A DNA stretch of 64,000 nt from assembly GCA_043801745.1 (NCBI GenBank), contig JAZDLR010000016.1, positions 1,535 through 65,534 on the forward strand, written 5' to 3'. The DNA is from Candidatus Komeilibacteria bacterium. Its GTDB lineage: Bacteria; Patescibacteriota; Patescibacteriia; UBA1558; 2-01-FULL-52-15. The position numbers and the translations under genes were made by a program. The notes under the pieces are model-generated. The model was not told where the DNA came from, searched no databases, and worked only from the letters and a program-made list of their open reading frames with translations. Positions 38,869 through 48,530 of the stretch are shown here, piece by piece; position 1 is the stretch's first letter; each line of letters starts with the position of its first letter.

Positions 38869-39576
38869 ATGTCCGGCCATTCCAAGTGGGCCACTACCAA
38901 ACGCCAAAAAGCGGTTACTGACGCCAAGCGCAGTAATCTTTTTACTAAGTTGGCGAAAAACATTGCTGTGGCTGCCCGCGATGGAGCCGATCCGGCTATG
39001 AATTTTAAATTGCGCATTGCGATTGACAAGGCCAAAGAGTACAGCATGCCCAAAGATAATATTGAACGGGCTATTGCCCGTGGTAGCGGTACCGGCGGTG
39101 GTCAGGCAGTTGAAACTATTCTGTACGAAGCTTATGGCCCGGAAGGAATAGCTTTATTGATTGAAACCGTAACTGATAATAAAAATCGTTCGGCCGGCAC
39201 AGTTAAGGCTATCTTGAGTAAAAACGGCGGTAGTTTGGGCAGTGCCGGCAGCGTTCAGTGGCAATTTAATCTTCAAGGGATTCTGACTTTAAAAATTTCG
39301 AAACTTACTGACGAGCAAGAGTTACAATTAATCGATGCGGGGGCCGAAGATTTCATTGAACTGGGCGATTTGCTACAAATTATCTCAGCTCCAGAAAATT
39401 TGGAAAAGATCAAACATCAAGTTCAAGCTTTAAATCTGCCGCTAACCGACGCCGCCCTAGAATACCGACCCAAAGATTTGATTACGCCTAAAGATCCCGA
39501 GAGAATAATCCATCTCTTAGAATTACTGGAAGACGACGAAGACATCAATAACGTTTATACCAACGCCAACGTCTAA
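38869..39576 (+). CDS. yebC: YebC/PmpR-family DNA-binding transcriptional regulator
   Basis: N-terminal MSGHSKWATTKRQKAVTDAKR ... motif; conserved linkage with ruvC. Confidence 0.9.
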   Translation: MSGHSKWATTKRQKAVTDAKRSNLFTKLAKNIAVAARDGADPAMNFKLRIAIDKAKEYSMPKDNIERAIARGSGTGGGQAVETILYEAYGPEGIALLIETVTDNKNRSAGTVKAILSKNGGSLGSAGSVQWQFNLQGILTLKISKLTDEQELQLIDAGAEDFIELGDLLQIISAPENLEKIKHQVQALNLPLTDAALEYRPKDLITPKDPERIIHLLELLEDDEDINNVYTNANV

Positions 39577-40064
39577 TGGCCACACCAGCCACACTAATTT
39601 TGGGTATTGACCCTGGCTTTGCCGATACTGGCTGGGGCGTGATTAGTTTTGCTGGTCAGGGACAAATGCTGGCCTGCGGCAGCATCAGTACACCCAAAAG
39701 CGACTCCTTTTCTGACCGTTTATTAGCTTTGGGTCAACAACTGACAACCATAATCAAAACCTACCGGCCCGACATGGTAGCAATTGAAGAGCTATTTTTT
39801 AATACCAATGTTACAACCGGCATTAAAGTTGCCATGGCCCGCGGAGTCATTATGTATGTCTGCCGTCAGGCCGGATTGCCGGTACGTGAATTCACTCCAG
39901 GACAGATTAAGCTGGCACTGACTTCTGACGGCAGGGCTTCCAAAGCTCAAATGGGCAAAATGATCCAACTATTACTTAACCTATCTGTCCTACCACAGCC
40001 GGACGACGCAGTTGATGCTCTAGCCTGCGCCCTAACCTGTGCTCACACCAAACTCTACGTTTAA
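39576..40064 (+). CDS. ruvC: crossover junction endodeoxyribonuclease RuvC
   Basis: ILGIDPG catalytic Asp region, E67-like residue, C-terminal DAxDALAxA motif. Confidence 0.9.
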   Translation: MATPATLILGIDPGFADTGWGVISFAGQGQMLACGSISTPKSDSFSDRLLALGQQLTTIIKTYRPDMVAIEELFFNTNVTTGIKVAMARGVIMYVCRQAGLPVREFTPGQIKLALTSDGRASKAQMGKMIQLLLNLSVLPQPDDAVDALACALTCAHTKLYV

Positions 40065-40067
40065 TTT

Positions 40068-41570
40068 ATGGCTAATAAAGAATTGACCATTGTTTCTGTC
40101 ACGTCAGAACTTGACCCCTATTTCAAAATCGGAGGACTAGGCGACGTGGCCCGAGCTTTACCAAAATCATTGCAACGTCTGAAACAGCACGTTAGCATTT
40201 TCACGCCCTATTACAAATTACGCCTGGATGAAAAAAAATATCCGGTCAAAAAAATTATTGATAGCGCCTCAATCGTAATTGATGACTCGTTTCTTATTAA
40301 AGCCAGTCTTTATCAGGCAGAGTTGGCTCATAAACTGCCCGTCTATTTTGTCTCTATTGATCGCTTCTTTGGCCGCTCAAAAAAAGTTTATTACGGTTCC
40401 AGCACCGACAGTATCCGTTATTTTGCCTTTAATATTGCTGTCTTAGAATTTATCCGTTTACTAAAACTACAACCAGATATTATTCAGTGTCATGATTGGC
40501 CGGCAGGTTTAATTCCAGAACTACTGAAAAAGCGCTATAAAAACGATCCTTTACTTAAGTCGGCTGCTAGCGTTTTTACTATTCATAACCTTAGCTATCA
40601 ATTGGGTCAGGCCTGGTGGAGCATTCCGGTAACCAAAAGAGATAACGGAAGAACCCCCTTGCCATTATTTTCTAACACTGCCGGCGTTAAGCGGATAAAC
40701 TTTACTAAACGCGCCATTCTTTATGCCGATGCTATTAACGCCGTGTCAGAAGCTTACCGTGAAGAAATTATGCAGCCGCACTTTGGCCAAGACCTACATC
40801 GTATTTTACGAAATCGCGAAAACAAGCTCTATGGAGTTGTTAATGGCATTGATTACCACGAATTTAATCCCGCCAACGATCCCAATCTAAAAACTCAATA
40901 TAACTATACGACTATTGAAAAGAAATTAGAAAACAAGCGGGCGCTGCAAAAACGCTGCGGTTTAAAAATTAGCAACGACACTCCGATTATGGTAATGAGC
41001 AGCCGTATTATTGAACAAAAGGGCTTTGATCTATTTTTGCCGTTGCTACCCTACCTGCTACACAAGGACGTGGAAATAATTATTTTGGGAGAAGGGGACA
41101 AAAAATACACCGAACACTTTCAGGCCCTAGCTAAAGCCAACCCCACTCAATTATCATTATTCTCTTTTGATAAGTATTCAGCTTTGGAAACCCTGATGTA
41201 CGCTGGCGGCGACATATTACTACTACCCTCACGGTTTGAACCCTGTGGCACCAATCAACTAAAGGCCCTACGTTATGGTTGTGTGCCTTTGGTGCGGGAA
41301 GTTGGCGGCTTAGGAGAAACAGTCACCAATTACGATCCAAAAACTAACCCCGACGGCATTGGTTTTGTTTTTAATGCCTATAGTTCTCATACATTGATGT
41401 TTACTATAGCCCGCGCTTTGGAAACTTATAAATACCCCGATATTTGGCGTCAATTAATGGTACGCGGAATGAAGGTTTCTTTCTCTTGGGATCTGCCGGC
41501 CAGAAAATACCTTAAACTGTTTCATCTGGCATTAAAGTTTAAGCAAAAAGAAACCACTAATGGTAATTAA
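40068..41570 (+). CDS. glgA: glycogen/starch synthase (GT5, GlgA-like)
   Basis: K-[IV]-GGLGDV N-terminal motif; GT-B architecture. Confidence 0.8.
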   Translation: MANKELTIVSVTSELDPYFKIGGLGDVARALPKSLQRLKQHVSIFTPYYKLRLDEKKYPVKKIIDSASIVIDDSFLIKASLYQAELAHKLPVYFVSIDRFFGRSKKVYYGSSTDSIRYFAFNIAVLEFIRLLKLQPDIIQCHDWPAGLIPELLKKRYKNDPLLKSAASVFTIHNLSYQLGQAWWSIPVTKRDNGRTPLPLFSNTAGVKRINFTKRAILYADAINAVSEAYREEIMQPHFGQDLHRILRNRENKLYGVVNGIDYHEFNPANDPNLKTQYNYTTIEKKLENKRALQKRCGLKISNDTPIMVMSSRIIEQKGFDLFLPLLPYLLHKDVEIIILGEGDKKYTEHFQALAKANPTQLSLFSFDKYSALETLMYAGGDILLLPSRFEPCGTNQLKALRYGCVPLVREVGGLGETVTNYDPKTNPDGIGFVFNAYSSHTLMFTIARALETYKYPDIWRQLMVRGMKVSFSWDLPARKYLKLFHLALKFKQKETTNGN

Positions 41571-41576
41571 ACTATT

Positions 41577-42641
41577 ATGATCCTGGACTTTGGCCATTCA
41601 CTGACTGATGTGCCCCGCTTACGGGAAGGAGATTTTTTGCAGGCGGTGGTAACACAAATTTGCCAGCAGTGTTATAGCATCACTGCTCCCGTCAAAGTTG
41701 AATATTTTCACATTTACAAATACCGCTATCATAAACCAGAAAGTTTTTCGGCTGTTATTGGCTGCAAAGTTACCTGGGTCAGTAATTCCGTCAATCATCG
41801 CCTTAAACTTTTCGTTGGTGCCGCCAGCAATGATTCCAAGCTGCGCGCTTATCATAACCTGAACTGGTTGCGCGCCCATGGTTTTGATCAGGGGACCCTG
41901 CAGGTAATAAAACCCATAGTTTATCTAACAGACCTCAAGGCCCTAGTTTATGAAGCTTCTGAAGGTCAAACGCTTTATTGGCACCTTAAGCGCCGCCCAG
42001 CGCCCGAGCAGCTGCTTTGGCCGCTACACTTATCCGCCGAATGGTTAAAAAAACTGCACTCCATCACGGCCACGGACCTGCCACCAACTATGAGTGAAAA
42101 TAATGATCAAGGAATTATTAAAAGTTTAAGGCGAGCGCAAGAAAAATATGGCCAGCTCCAACCAGAGCAAGGAGAAAAATTTACAGCCGTACTTGAAAAA
42201 ATCCACTCCTTCCTGCCTACCACCAATACTTCTGGCTCCTTAATTTACGGCGATTATCATCCGGAAAATATAATTTTTCATGACCTTGAATCCCGTCACC
42301 TAACCATGATCGATTTAAGCGATGTTACCCTGGGCAGCCCTTACCGCGACGTTGGTACTTTTGTTCAACAATTTGATTTTATGTCTCAATCATTTCTGGT
42401 TCGTGAGGACATCAATAGGCTGAAACGTTATTTTATTGAACAGTATACCGGGCTGCCTTTCGACTCTATCCCCGCTAAAGAGATAAATTTAATTAATCTT
42501 TATCAGGCCTTAACAGCCGTGCGTAGCTCGGTTTGGTTATTTGAACCAGAGTCACGCCGCGTCAGCCTGGAATTATTAGATGATGCCCGATTATTAATTG
42601 AAAAGGTGGCCCAAAATCAACATTCTATCAATCTACGCTAA
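41577..42641 (+). CDS. phosphotransferase-family kinase (APH/choline-kinase/maltokinase-like)
   Basis: Brenner-like motif YGDYHPENIIF and IDLSDV (DFG-equivalent). Confidence 0.5.
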   Translation: MILDFGHSLTDVPRLREGDFLQAVVTQICQQCYSITAPVKVEYFHIYKYRYHKPESFSAVIGCKVTWVSNSVNHRLKLFVGAASNDSKLRAYHNLNWLRAHGFDQGTLQVIKPIVYLTDLKALVYEASEGQTLYWHLKRRPAPEQLLWPLHLSAEWLKKLHSITATDLPPTMSENNDQGIIKSLRRAQEKYGQLQPEQGEKFTAVLEKIHSFLPTTNTSGSLIYGDYHPENIIFHDLESRHLTMIDLSDVTLGSPYRDVGTFVQQFDFMSQSFLVREDINRLKRYFIEQYTGLPFDSIPAKEINLINLYQALTAVRSSVWLFEPESRRVSLELLDDARLLIEKVAQNQHSINLR

Positions 42642-42743
42642 TTAGCTAAGCTACTGGTCATATATTTCACGGTCAATTTCCGCTATAATATCAACGGATT
42701 GACTGCGACTCATTTATAAACATTAAAAGATACCAACGCTCTC

Positions 42744-43643
42744 ATGACTAAAACTATATCCGCTGCCACCAAAATTAAGGGCCCCTTTATTGATCTGCAA
42801 TTCCATTCACATTTCTCCGACGGCTCAAAAAGCCCGACTGAACTGGCTAAAATTATGCACGCCAAGGGCGTGGGCGTGGCCGCCCTGACTGATCACAACA
42901 CCGTTCATGGTCAGTATGAATTTCAAGCCGCCTGTAAACCTTTCAATATTAAGGTCATACCGGCAGTAGAAATCTATGCCCGTTATAAAAAATATAATTT
43001 GCATATCTTGGGCTATAACATTGACCTAAATAACGCCGAATTACATGACTATTTGCGCGAATCCCAGGTAAAACGCAAAAAAATGATTGAGTCTTTGGTG
43101 CCCCTGCTTAAGCGGCGTAGTATCAAGCTAGACATTAGCGTGCTCTTTTCTCAGCCGGCGACTTACATTGGTATGGTTAATATTATCCGTCAAATCCGTA
43201 GTCAGCAAATTAATAAACCTATTTTACGGCGCTTGCTGAAAAAAAATAATTATGATTATTATGAGATCTATAACGCCATATTCTCCCGCCATCAAAGTAC
43301 TCATTTAAGCGAAGTTTACCTGCCATTGGCGGCCGTCGTTCGATTAATTAAACGCTGCGGCGGTGTGCCGGTTATAGCTCACCCCGGACAGCAGTTAGGT
43401 TTTGAACACGATCAAATCGTGCCGGAGCTGAAAAGGGTCGGGGTAGAGGGTATTGAGTGCTTTTCATCTCATCACAATTGGGACCAGACAGCTCATTACA
43501 TTATGTTGGCTGGCCGGCAAAATATGATTATCACCGGCGGTAGTGACTATCACGGTGATCTGCCCGGCGACTACATTGTTGATAATTATCTTAACTATAC
43601 CTCTCTGCCTCTGACTATTTACCAACAGATAAAAAAGTTTTAA
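42744..43643 (+). CDS. PHP-domain phosphoesterase
   Basis: IDLQFHSHFSDGS ... ALTDHNTVHG ... IAHPG ... SDYHG metal-binding His motifs. Confidence 0.75.
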   Translation: MTKTISAATKIKGPFIDLQFHSHFSDGSKSPTELAKIMHAKGVGVAALTDHNTVHGQYEFQAACKPFNIKVIPAVEIYARYKKYNLHILGYNIDLNNAELHDYLRESQVKRKKMIESLVPLLKRRSIKLDISVLFSQPATYIGMVNIIRQIRSQQINKPILRRLLKKNNYDYYEIYNAIFSRHQSTHLSEVYLPLAAVVRLIKRCGGVPVIAHPGQQLGFEHDQIVPELKRVGVEGIECFSSHHNWDQTAHYIMLAGRQNMIITGGSDYHGDLPGDYIVDNYLNYTSLPLTIYQQIKKF

Positions 43644-45070
43644 TGCCTATCAAGCCCAGTGTCCTACACGTCGCTGCTGAATGCTCGCCTTTTATTAAAG
43701 TTGGCGGCCTAGCCGATGTTGTTGGTTCATTACCTCAAGCCATAGCTGTTGGCGGCTGGCAGAGTGGCGTTATTTTACCTTGTTATCACCGTTCTCAACT
43801 ACGGAATCTAACTGACGTTACTGCTCAAAAAATTAGCTTAAATTTTTCTGGTGCTCTCACCACTATTACGATCCACCACGGCAAATTGAAAAATAATCCG
43901 GTTGACTATTGGTTTATTGAGCACCCCTTATTATCGCGCCAACATCCTTATAGTAATAATATTCCGGCTGATATTGAAGTCTTTAGCTTTTTCTCTTACT
44001 GCGTTGTAGAACTTTTAGGCTCAATTGTGCCACGACCGGACATTCTCCACTGTCACGATTGGCATACCGGTCTAATACCGACATTGATTGATGCTCGTTA
44101 CCAGCGAGAAAGTACTTGGTCAACAGTACCAACTGTTTTTACTATTCATAACCTGTCCCACCAGGGAATTGGCAGCCACGACATCTTATCTAAAATTAAG
44201 CTGACGCCGGATAAGGAGTTGGCTTTGTTGGAAGCTTATAGTGAGGACCAAATTCTCAATATTCTTAAGGTGGCGATTCTTTCGGCCGACAAAGTTACCA
44301 CCGTCAGCCCAACCTATGCCCGGGAAATTATCCATGGCTCACAAGACTTTGGTTTGGCTCCTTACATTAGGCGCCGTAGGGCAGATTTTCACGGCCTGCT
44401 TAATGGTATTGACGGAAAGATTTTTAATCCTCAGACCGATACGGCAATTTATCGGCGCTTTTCTTCTGCCACCTGGCAACAAGGCAAGGCCACAAATAAA
44501 AAGCGGCTGCGCCAAGAGCTTGGCTTACCAAACAATAATCTGCCCTTGGGAATAATTATTTCCCGTCTAACACCGCAGAAGGGGTTAGATATTTTATTGC
44601 CTCTGCTACCGCGGTTGGCCGAAAAAATGCAGTTGGTAATCCTGGGTCAAGGGGAGACAATTATAGAACAGGAGCTGCGCCTGGCAGCTAAAATCCACCC
44701 CCAGTCGTTAATTTTCCGTCCTCAACTGGATCTTGCTCTGGCACAAAAACTTTACGCCAGCGCCGATATACTTCTTATGCCTTCACGATTTGAGCCGTGC
44801 GGCTTAGGACAGATGATAAGCATGCGTTATGGCACCATTCCTCTTGTCCGCAGCACCGGCGGGCTAAAAGATAGTGTAAAAAACCTGTCTACCGGCTTTA
44901 CTTTCTCCGCCTATTCCTCTGCCGCTCTCTGGTCTTCCCTGCGCCGGACGCTGGCGGTATACCAAACGCCCCAACGCTGGTATACTATAGTTAATCGTTG
45001 TTTACAGCAAGATTTTTCTTGGGCTGCCTCAGCGAAAAATTATCAGAAAATCTATCAACAATTATTATGA
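43643..45070 (+). CDS. glgA: glycogen/starch synthase (GT5, GlgA-like), second copy
   Basis: VKVGGLADVV motif; about 30% identical to the first copy. Confidence 0.8.
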   Translation: MPIKPSVLHVAAECSPFIKVGGLADVVGSLPQAIAVGGWQSGVILPCYHRSQLRNLTDVTAQKISLNFSGALTTITIHHGKLKNNPVDYWFIEHPLLSRQHPYSNNIPADIEVFSFFSYCVVELLGSIVPRPDILHCHDWHTGLIPTLIDARYQRESTWSTVPTVFTIHNLSHQGIGSHDILSKIKLTPDKELALLEAYSEDQILNILKVAILSADKVTTVSPTYAREIIHGSQDFGLAPYIRRRRADFHGLLNGIDGKIFNPQTDTAIYRRFSSATWQQGKATNKKRLRQELGLPNNNLPLGIIISRLTPQKGLDILLPLLPRLAEKMQLVILGQGETIIEQELRLAAKIHPQSLIFRPQLDLALAQKLYASADILLMPSRFEPCGLGQMISMRYGTIPLVRSTGGLKDSVKNLSTGFTFSAYSSAALWSSLRRTLAVYQTPQRWYTIVNRCLQQDFSWAASAKNYQKIYQQLL

Positions 45071-46014
45071 TCCGTCGACCAGAGATTCGTAAAGATTATA
45101 TTCAAGATAAATACGTTATCATTGCGCCGCGCCGTGGTAAGCGTCCGCGTTTAGTGAGAAAACCCGAGCAACCGCGTCCCTCGCTGAAGGATTCTATCTT
45201 TAGCCCACAAAATATCAACTCCACCCAAGCCCTTTATACTGTCGGCCCAAAAAATAATTGGCGGATTAAGGTTGTACCCAATAAATTCCCGGCCGTTTCC
45301 GTCTCCAACCCCAAAGCTTATGGTCGGCAAGAGGTAATTATTGAGACTCCTAATCCACGGCCGGAATTACACCAATTATCAGTAAAAAATATTGCCGAAC
45401 TTTTGAAAACTTATGGTTTGCGGGCCGATGAATTAGTCAAAGACAAAAAAATTCAGTACATCTTAACTTTCAAAAACGCCGGTGGTGGCTCTGGTGCCTC
45501 TTTGATGCACTCCCATTCACAAATATTCGCTTCTGATTTTATTCCGCCTCACCTGCTGGATAAATCACAAAAATTACAGGAATATAAAATTCGCACCGGC
45601 CGCTGTATTTATTGCGACATCATAAAAAAGGAAATAAAAGGCCCGCGGAAAGTTTATGCCGATAAACATGTTGTCGCCTTCACTCCCTATGCATCGATGT
45701 ATAATTATGAGTGCTGGATTATGCCTCTGCGGCATCATGACAACATTTCTGTGCTTGATCATGAGGAATACTATGCCTGGGCCAAAATCCTAAAACACCT
45801 TCTAAAAAAAGTCGACACTTTAAAACTGGCCTACAATTACTATTTACACCGCGTGATTAATGACAATGACCAACACGTTTACATGAAAATTGTGCCTCGC
45901 GGCGAAATCTGGGGCGGGGTTGAAATTGGTTCGGGCGTGGTAATCAATCCGATTGATCCTGATGAGGCGGCCAAATATTATCGCCGGGGTTTAAATAAGC
46001 GGTCGAGTAAATAA
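45067..46014 (+). CDS. galactose-1-phosphate uridylyltransferase-like HIT-family protein (GalT-like nucleotidyltransferase)
   Basis: HIT-like HSHSQIF motif and CIYCD zinc motif; ATGA start/stop overlap with upstream glgA. Confidence 0.55.
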   Translation: MIRRPEIRKDYIQDKYVIIAPRRGKRPRLVRKPEQPRPSLKDSIFSPQNINSTQALYTVGPKNNWRIKVVPNKFPAVSVSNPKAYGRQEVIIETPNPRPELHQLSVKNIAELLKTYGLRADELVKDKKIQYILTFKNAGGGSGASLMHSHSQIFASDFIPPHLLDKSQKLQEYKIRTGRCIYCDIIKKEIKGPRKVYADKHVVAFTPYASMYNYECWIMPLRHHDNISVLDHEEYYAWAKILKHLLKKVDTLKLAYNYYLHRVINDNDQHVYMKIVPRGEIWGGVEIGSGVVINPIDPDEAAKYYRRGLNKRSSK

Positions 46015-46574
46015 ACAGCACAAATTAGTAGGACCAGAAGAATTAATAGCCCAAGGAAAAATAGTTGAAAAAATTGCGGCGGATACAACTGAATAATCTT
46101 GTCTGTAGCCGAATCAAACTCCCAATTACCGTTAGGAAAAATAAGCTGGTGAGCCGCTCTAAAGAGCGGCTCAAATTGTATTAGGGTTAGTAATCCCAAC
46201 ATTACAATTACTCCACCAACTGTTAAAAAGCCTGGCTCTAAACTTGAAAAAAATTGCTGCCAGCCAGTCCGGCGTTTTATTACTAGAAACGCCGCACCAA
46301 ATAGCAGAATGGTTAACCAAACAATACATTGTTCATTAACTATCAATCGATCAATGTCTTGAACGTGCCTAAGCTCGTTGGCTGATAAATGAAGTAATTC
46401 TATCTCCGAACCGACACGAAAATGATTTAATAAATACATTCTTTCAGCCCGTAACTGTGGGACCTGTCCTAAATAATCAAAAATCAGCCCGTGCCACCAA
46501 GGATTTAATAGTAAGGCCTGAAGTAGCAACAGTATTGTTACTAGGGCGGTTGCGACGCCAAAAAAATACTTCAT
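45978..46574 (-). CDS. membrane protein (hypothetical)
   Basis: 4 TM helices. Confidence 0.4.
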   Translation of the reverse strand: MKYFFGVATALVTILLLLQALLLNPWWHGLIFDYLGQVPQLRAERMYLLNHFRVGSEIELLHLSANELRHVQDIDRLIVNEQCIVWLTILLFGAAFLVIKRRTGWQQFFSSLEPGFLTVGGVIVMLGLLTLIQFEPLFRAAHQLIFPNGNWEFDSATDKIIQLYPPQFFQLFFLGLLILLVLLICAVYLLDRLFKPRR

Positions 46575-46599
46575 ACTATTACTATATCATGGCCCTATT

Positions 46600-47235
46600 G
46601 ACAAATCTATCGGATTATTAAATACTAATGTTCTGTTCCTTGAGTTATTGGATATTCAGAGACCGTGAACTACTGGCGCCTTGCAATCACCACGACCTCT
46701 CACCAGGTCGTGAAGCTGCGCTAGAATTCGCGGTCTCTCCTTTTTGGCCCTAGGTATCCTGCGATTTCTAACCGGGGGGTTAGACTCTTCTAATCCGTAG
46801 AAAGGAGAAACTACACGTAAGGCCGTCAACGAAACACGTTGGCGGGAAATCCACCTTGTTCCGGTGAGGGAACAAAAAACCATGATTTGCACTAGCACCG
46901 AACGTCAGGAAGACTTCCGGCGGAGAACCTGTACCACCAAGGCGCAAGTTAATCCTCCCTGTGTCTATGGATCGCCCCAGCGGGTCAACTGCCACGGTCT
47001 GGTTGCAGGGTTTACTCCTTGTAAATTTTGCGGCCGGGACATGTACACCGGCAAGACCCGTTCTGACATCCTGAAGGGACTGGAAGAAAAACACGCCCTG
47101 ATGACCGCCCGTTCGGCCCCTAACCTAGCCCAGAGCTAGACGTGCAAATCTCTGAAGCCTCAACCTAGACGGCATCTGGCGTTTCAGAGGCAACAAGTTC
47201 GGGCCCGCTCAGTTTTTTGAGCGGGCCCGTTATAT
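46600..47235 (+). other. GC-rich, hairpin-rich non-coding region (candidate structured ncRNA locus; unassigned)
   Basis: GC far above genome background; overlapping ORFs on both strands; long-range stem 46657-46740 followed by T5; strong terminator 47193-47225. Confidence 0.3.
47193..47230 (+). terminator. intrinsic terminator (GGGCCCGCUC-AGUUUUUU-GAGCGGGCCC then U-rich)
   Basis: 10-bp perfect stem. Confidence 0.6.
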
Positions 47236-47254
47236 TTTCACAGCCAAAAAAAGT

Positions 47255-48463
47255 TTATTTAAGTTTAGTGCGACCGAAACTAACCCTTCGAAATTTTCTG
47301 CCTAGTCGTACAATGTCGCCGCTATCAATGCTGCGCTTAAAGTCCTTAACCTTCTCGTCATTAATATAAACCGCGCCTTCTTCAATCTTTCTTCTGGCTT
47401 CAGAATTTGATGTTGTTAAACCGGCTTTGACCAGAACAGAAATGATGGTTTTTTCCGGCGACAGAATCCTCACTTCTTGAATGTCATCGGGCGCCATTTT
47501 ATTACTGAACTGGTTAATAAAGTTTCGGTGCTGCTTGCTGGCTTCAGATTTATTAAAATAGACAGCCACAATACTAGCGGCCAAAATTAACTTAATGTCC
47601 CGCGGATTAGCCCCTTTTTTCAGCTGGCTTTCGTGTCGCTTTACTTCCTCCAGGGGAACGCGGGTACAATGAATAAAATAGTTAATTATTGCTTCGTCCC
47701 GCAGACTCATAACCCGACCAAACATGTCGCCGGCAGTATCAGTTAAATTAATGGTGTTGCCCCAACTGGAAGACATTTTACGTCCATCAGTGCCTTCAAT
47801 TAAGTTATTCATTAATAAATCCTGCGGCTGTTGTTTATAGTACTGCTGCAGCGCGCGTCCTGACAACAAATTAAAGCGCTGATCAGTCCCCCCCAGCTCA
47901 ACGTCGGCTTTAACCCTAACCGAATCATAGCCCTGCATTAAAGGATAGAGTATTTCGCGCAAGGAGATGCGCTTACCGCTCTTGTAACGCTTAGAGATAT
48001 TTTCCCGAGCCATAAATTCAGCTAAGGAAAACTGATCGGCCTGCTCACCGATTTCCGCGTAATTTAATTTGCCCAGCCATTCAGAATTATGATGCACCTC
48101 GGCTTGAGCTAAATCAATGATTTTGCTGGCCTGCTGTAAATAGGTTTTCAGGTTGCTTTTGACCTGCTGTGGTGTAAGCATCGGCCTTTCGCTCTCTTTG
48201 TCGCTGGTATCACCAATTGTGGCTGTAAAATCACCGACAATAAATACCGCCCTATGGCCCAGTTTTTGAAAATCGCCCAGCTTTAGTAAGGGGATGGAGC
48301 GCCCCAAATGAAGGTTGGGACTGGTCGGGTCAATGCCCAGCTTGACACGTAGCTGCTTGCCAGAACACAGCCGTTGTTCTAAACTTTTACGCTCAATGAC
48401 CTCGGCCACGCCTCGCTCTAAAAGTTCCTTAATTTTTTTCTTATCAGTACTAATTTTGCCCAT
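47255..48463 (-). CDS. tyrS: tyrosine--tRNA ligase
   Basis: HIGH-like PTSPNLHLGR, KMSSS (KMSKS variant), C-terminal S4 domain. Confidence 0.9.
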   Translation of the reverse strand: MGKISTDKKKIKELLERGVAEVIERKSLEQRLCSGKQLRVKLGIDPTSPNLHLGRSIPLLKLGDFQKLGHRAVFIVGDFTATIGDTSDKESERPMLTPQQVKSNLKTYLQQASKIIDLAQAEVHHNSEWLGKLNYAEIGEQADQFSLAEFMARENISKRYKSGKRISLREILYPLMQGYDSVRVKADVELGGTDQRFNLLSGRALQQYYKQQPQDLLMNNLIEGTDGRKMSSSWGNTINLTDTAGDMFGRVMSLRDEAIINYFIHCTRVPLEEVKRHESQLKKGANPRDIKLILAASIVAVYFNKSEASKQHRNFINQFSNKMAPDDIQEVRILSPEKTIISVLVKAGLTTSNSEARRKIEEGAVYINDEKVKDFKRSIDSGDIVRLGRKFRRVSFGRTKLK

Positions 48464-48530
48464 AGATTAGCTTAAATATTGTCTTAATTTGCTTTCATTA
48501 TACCTGATTGTTGGCTATAATAAAACAACT

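Noticed and set aside
46656-47139. Cys-rich 91-aa ORF 46864..47139 and overlapping minus ORFs 46656..46898 and 46780..47094 as protein-coding genes
   Set aside because: The region is GC-rich, with mutually overlapping frames on both strands and strong RNA-like secondary structure. A small coding gene was kept only as an alternative hypothesis.
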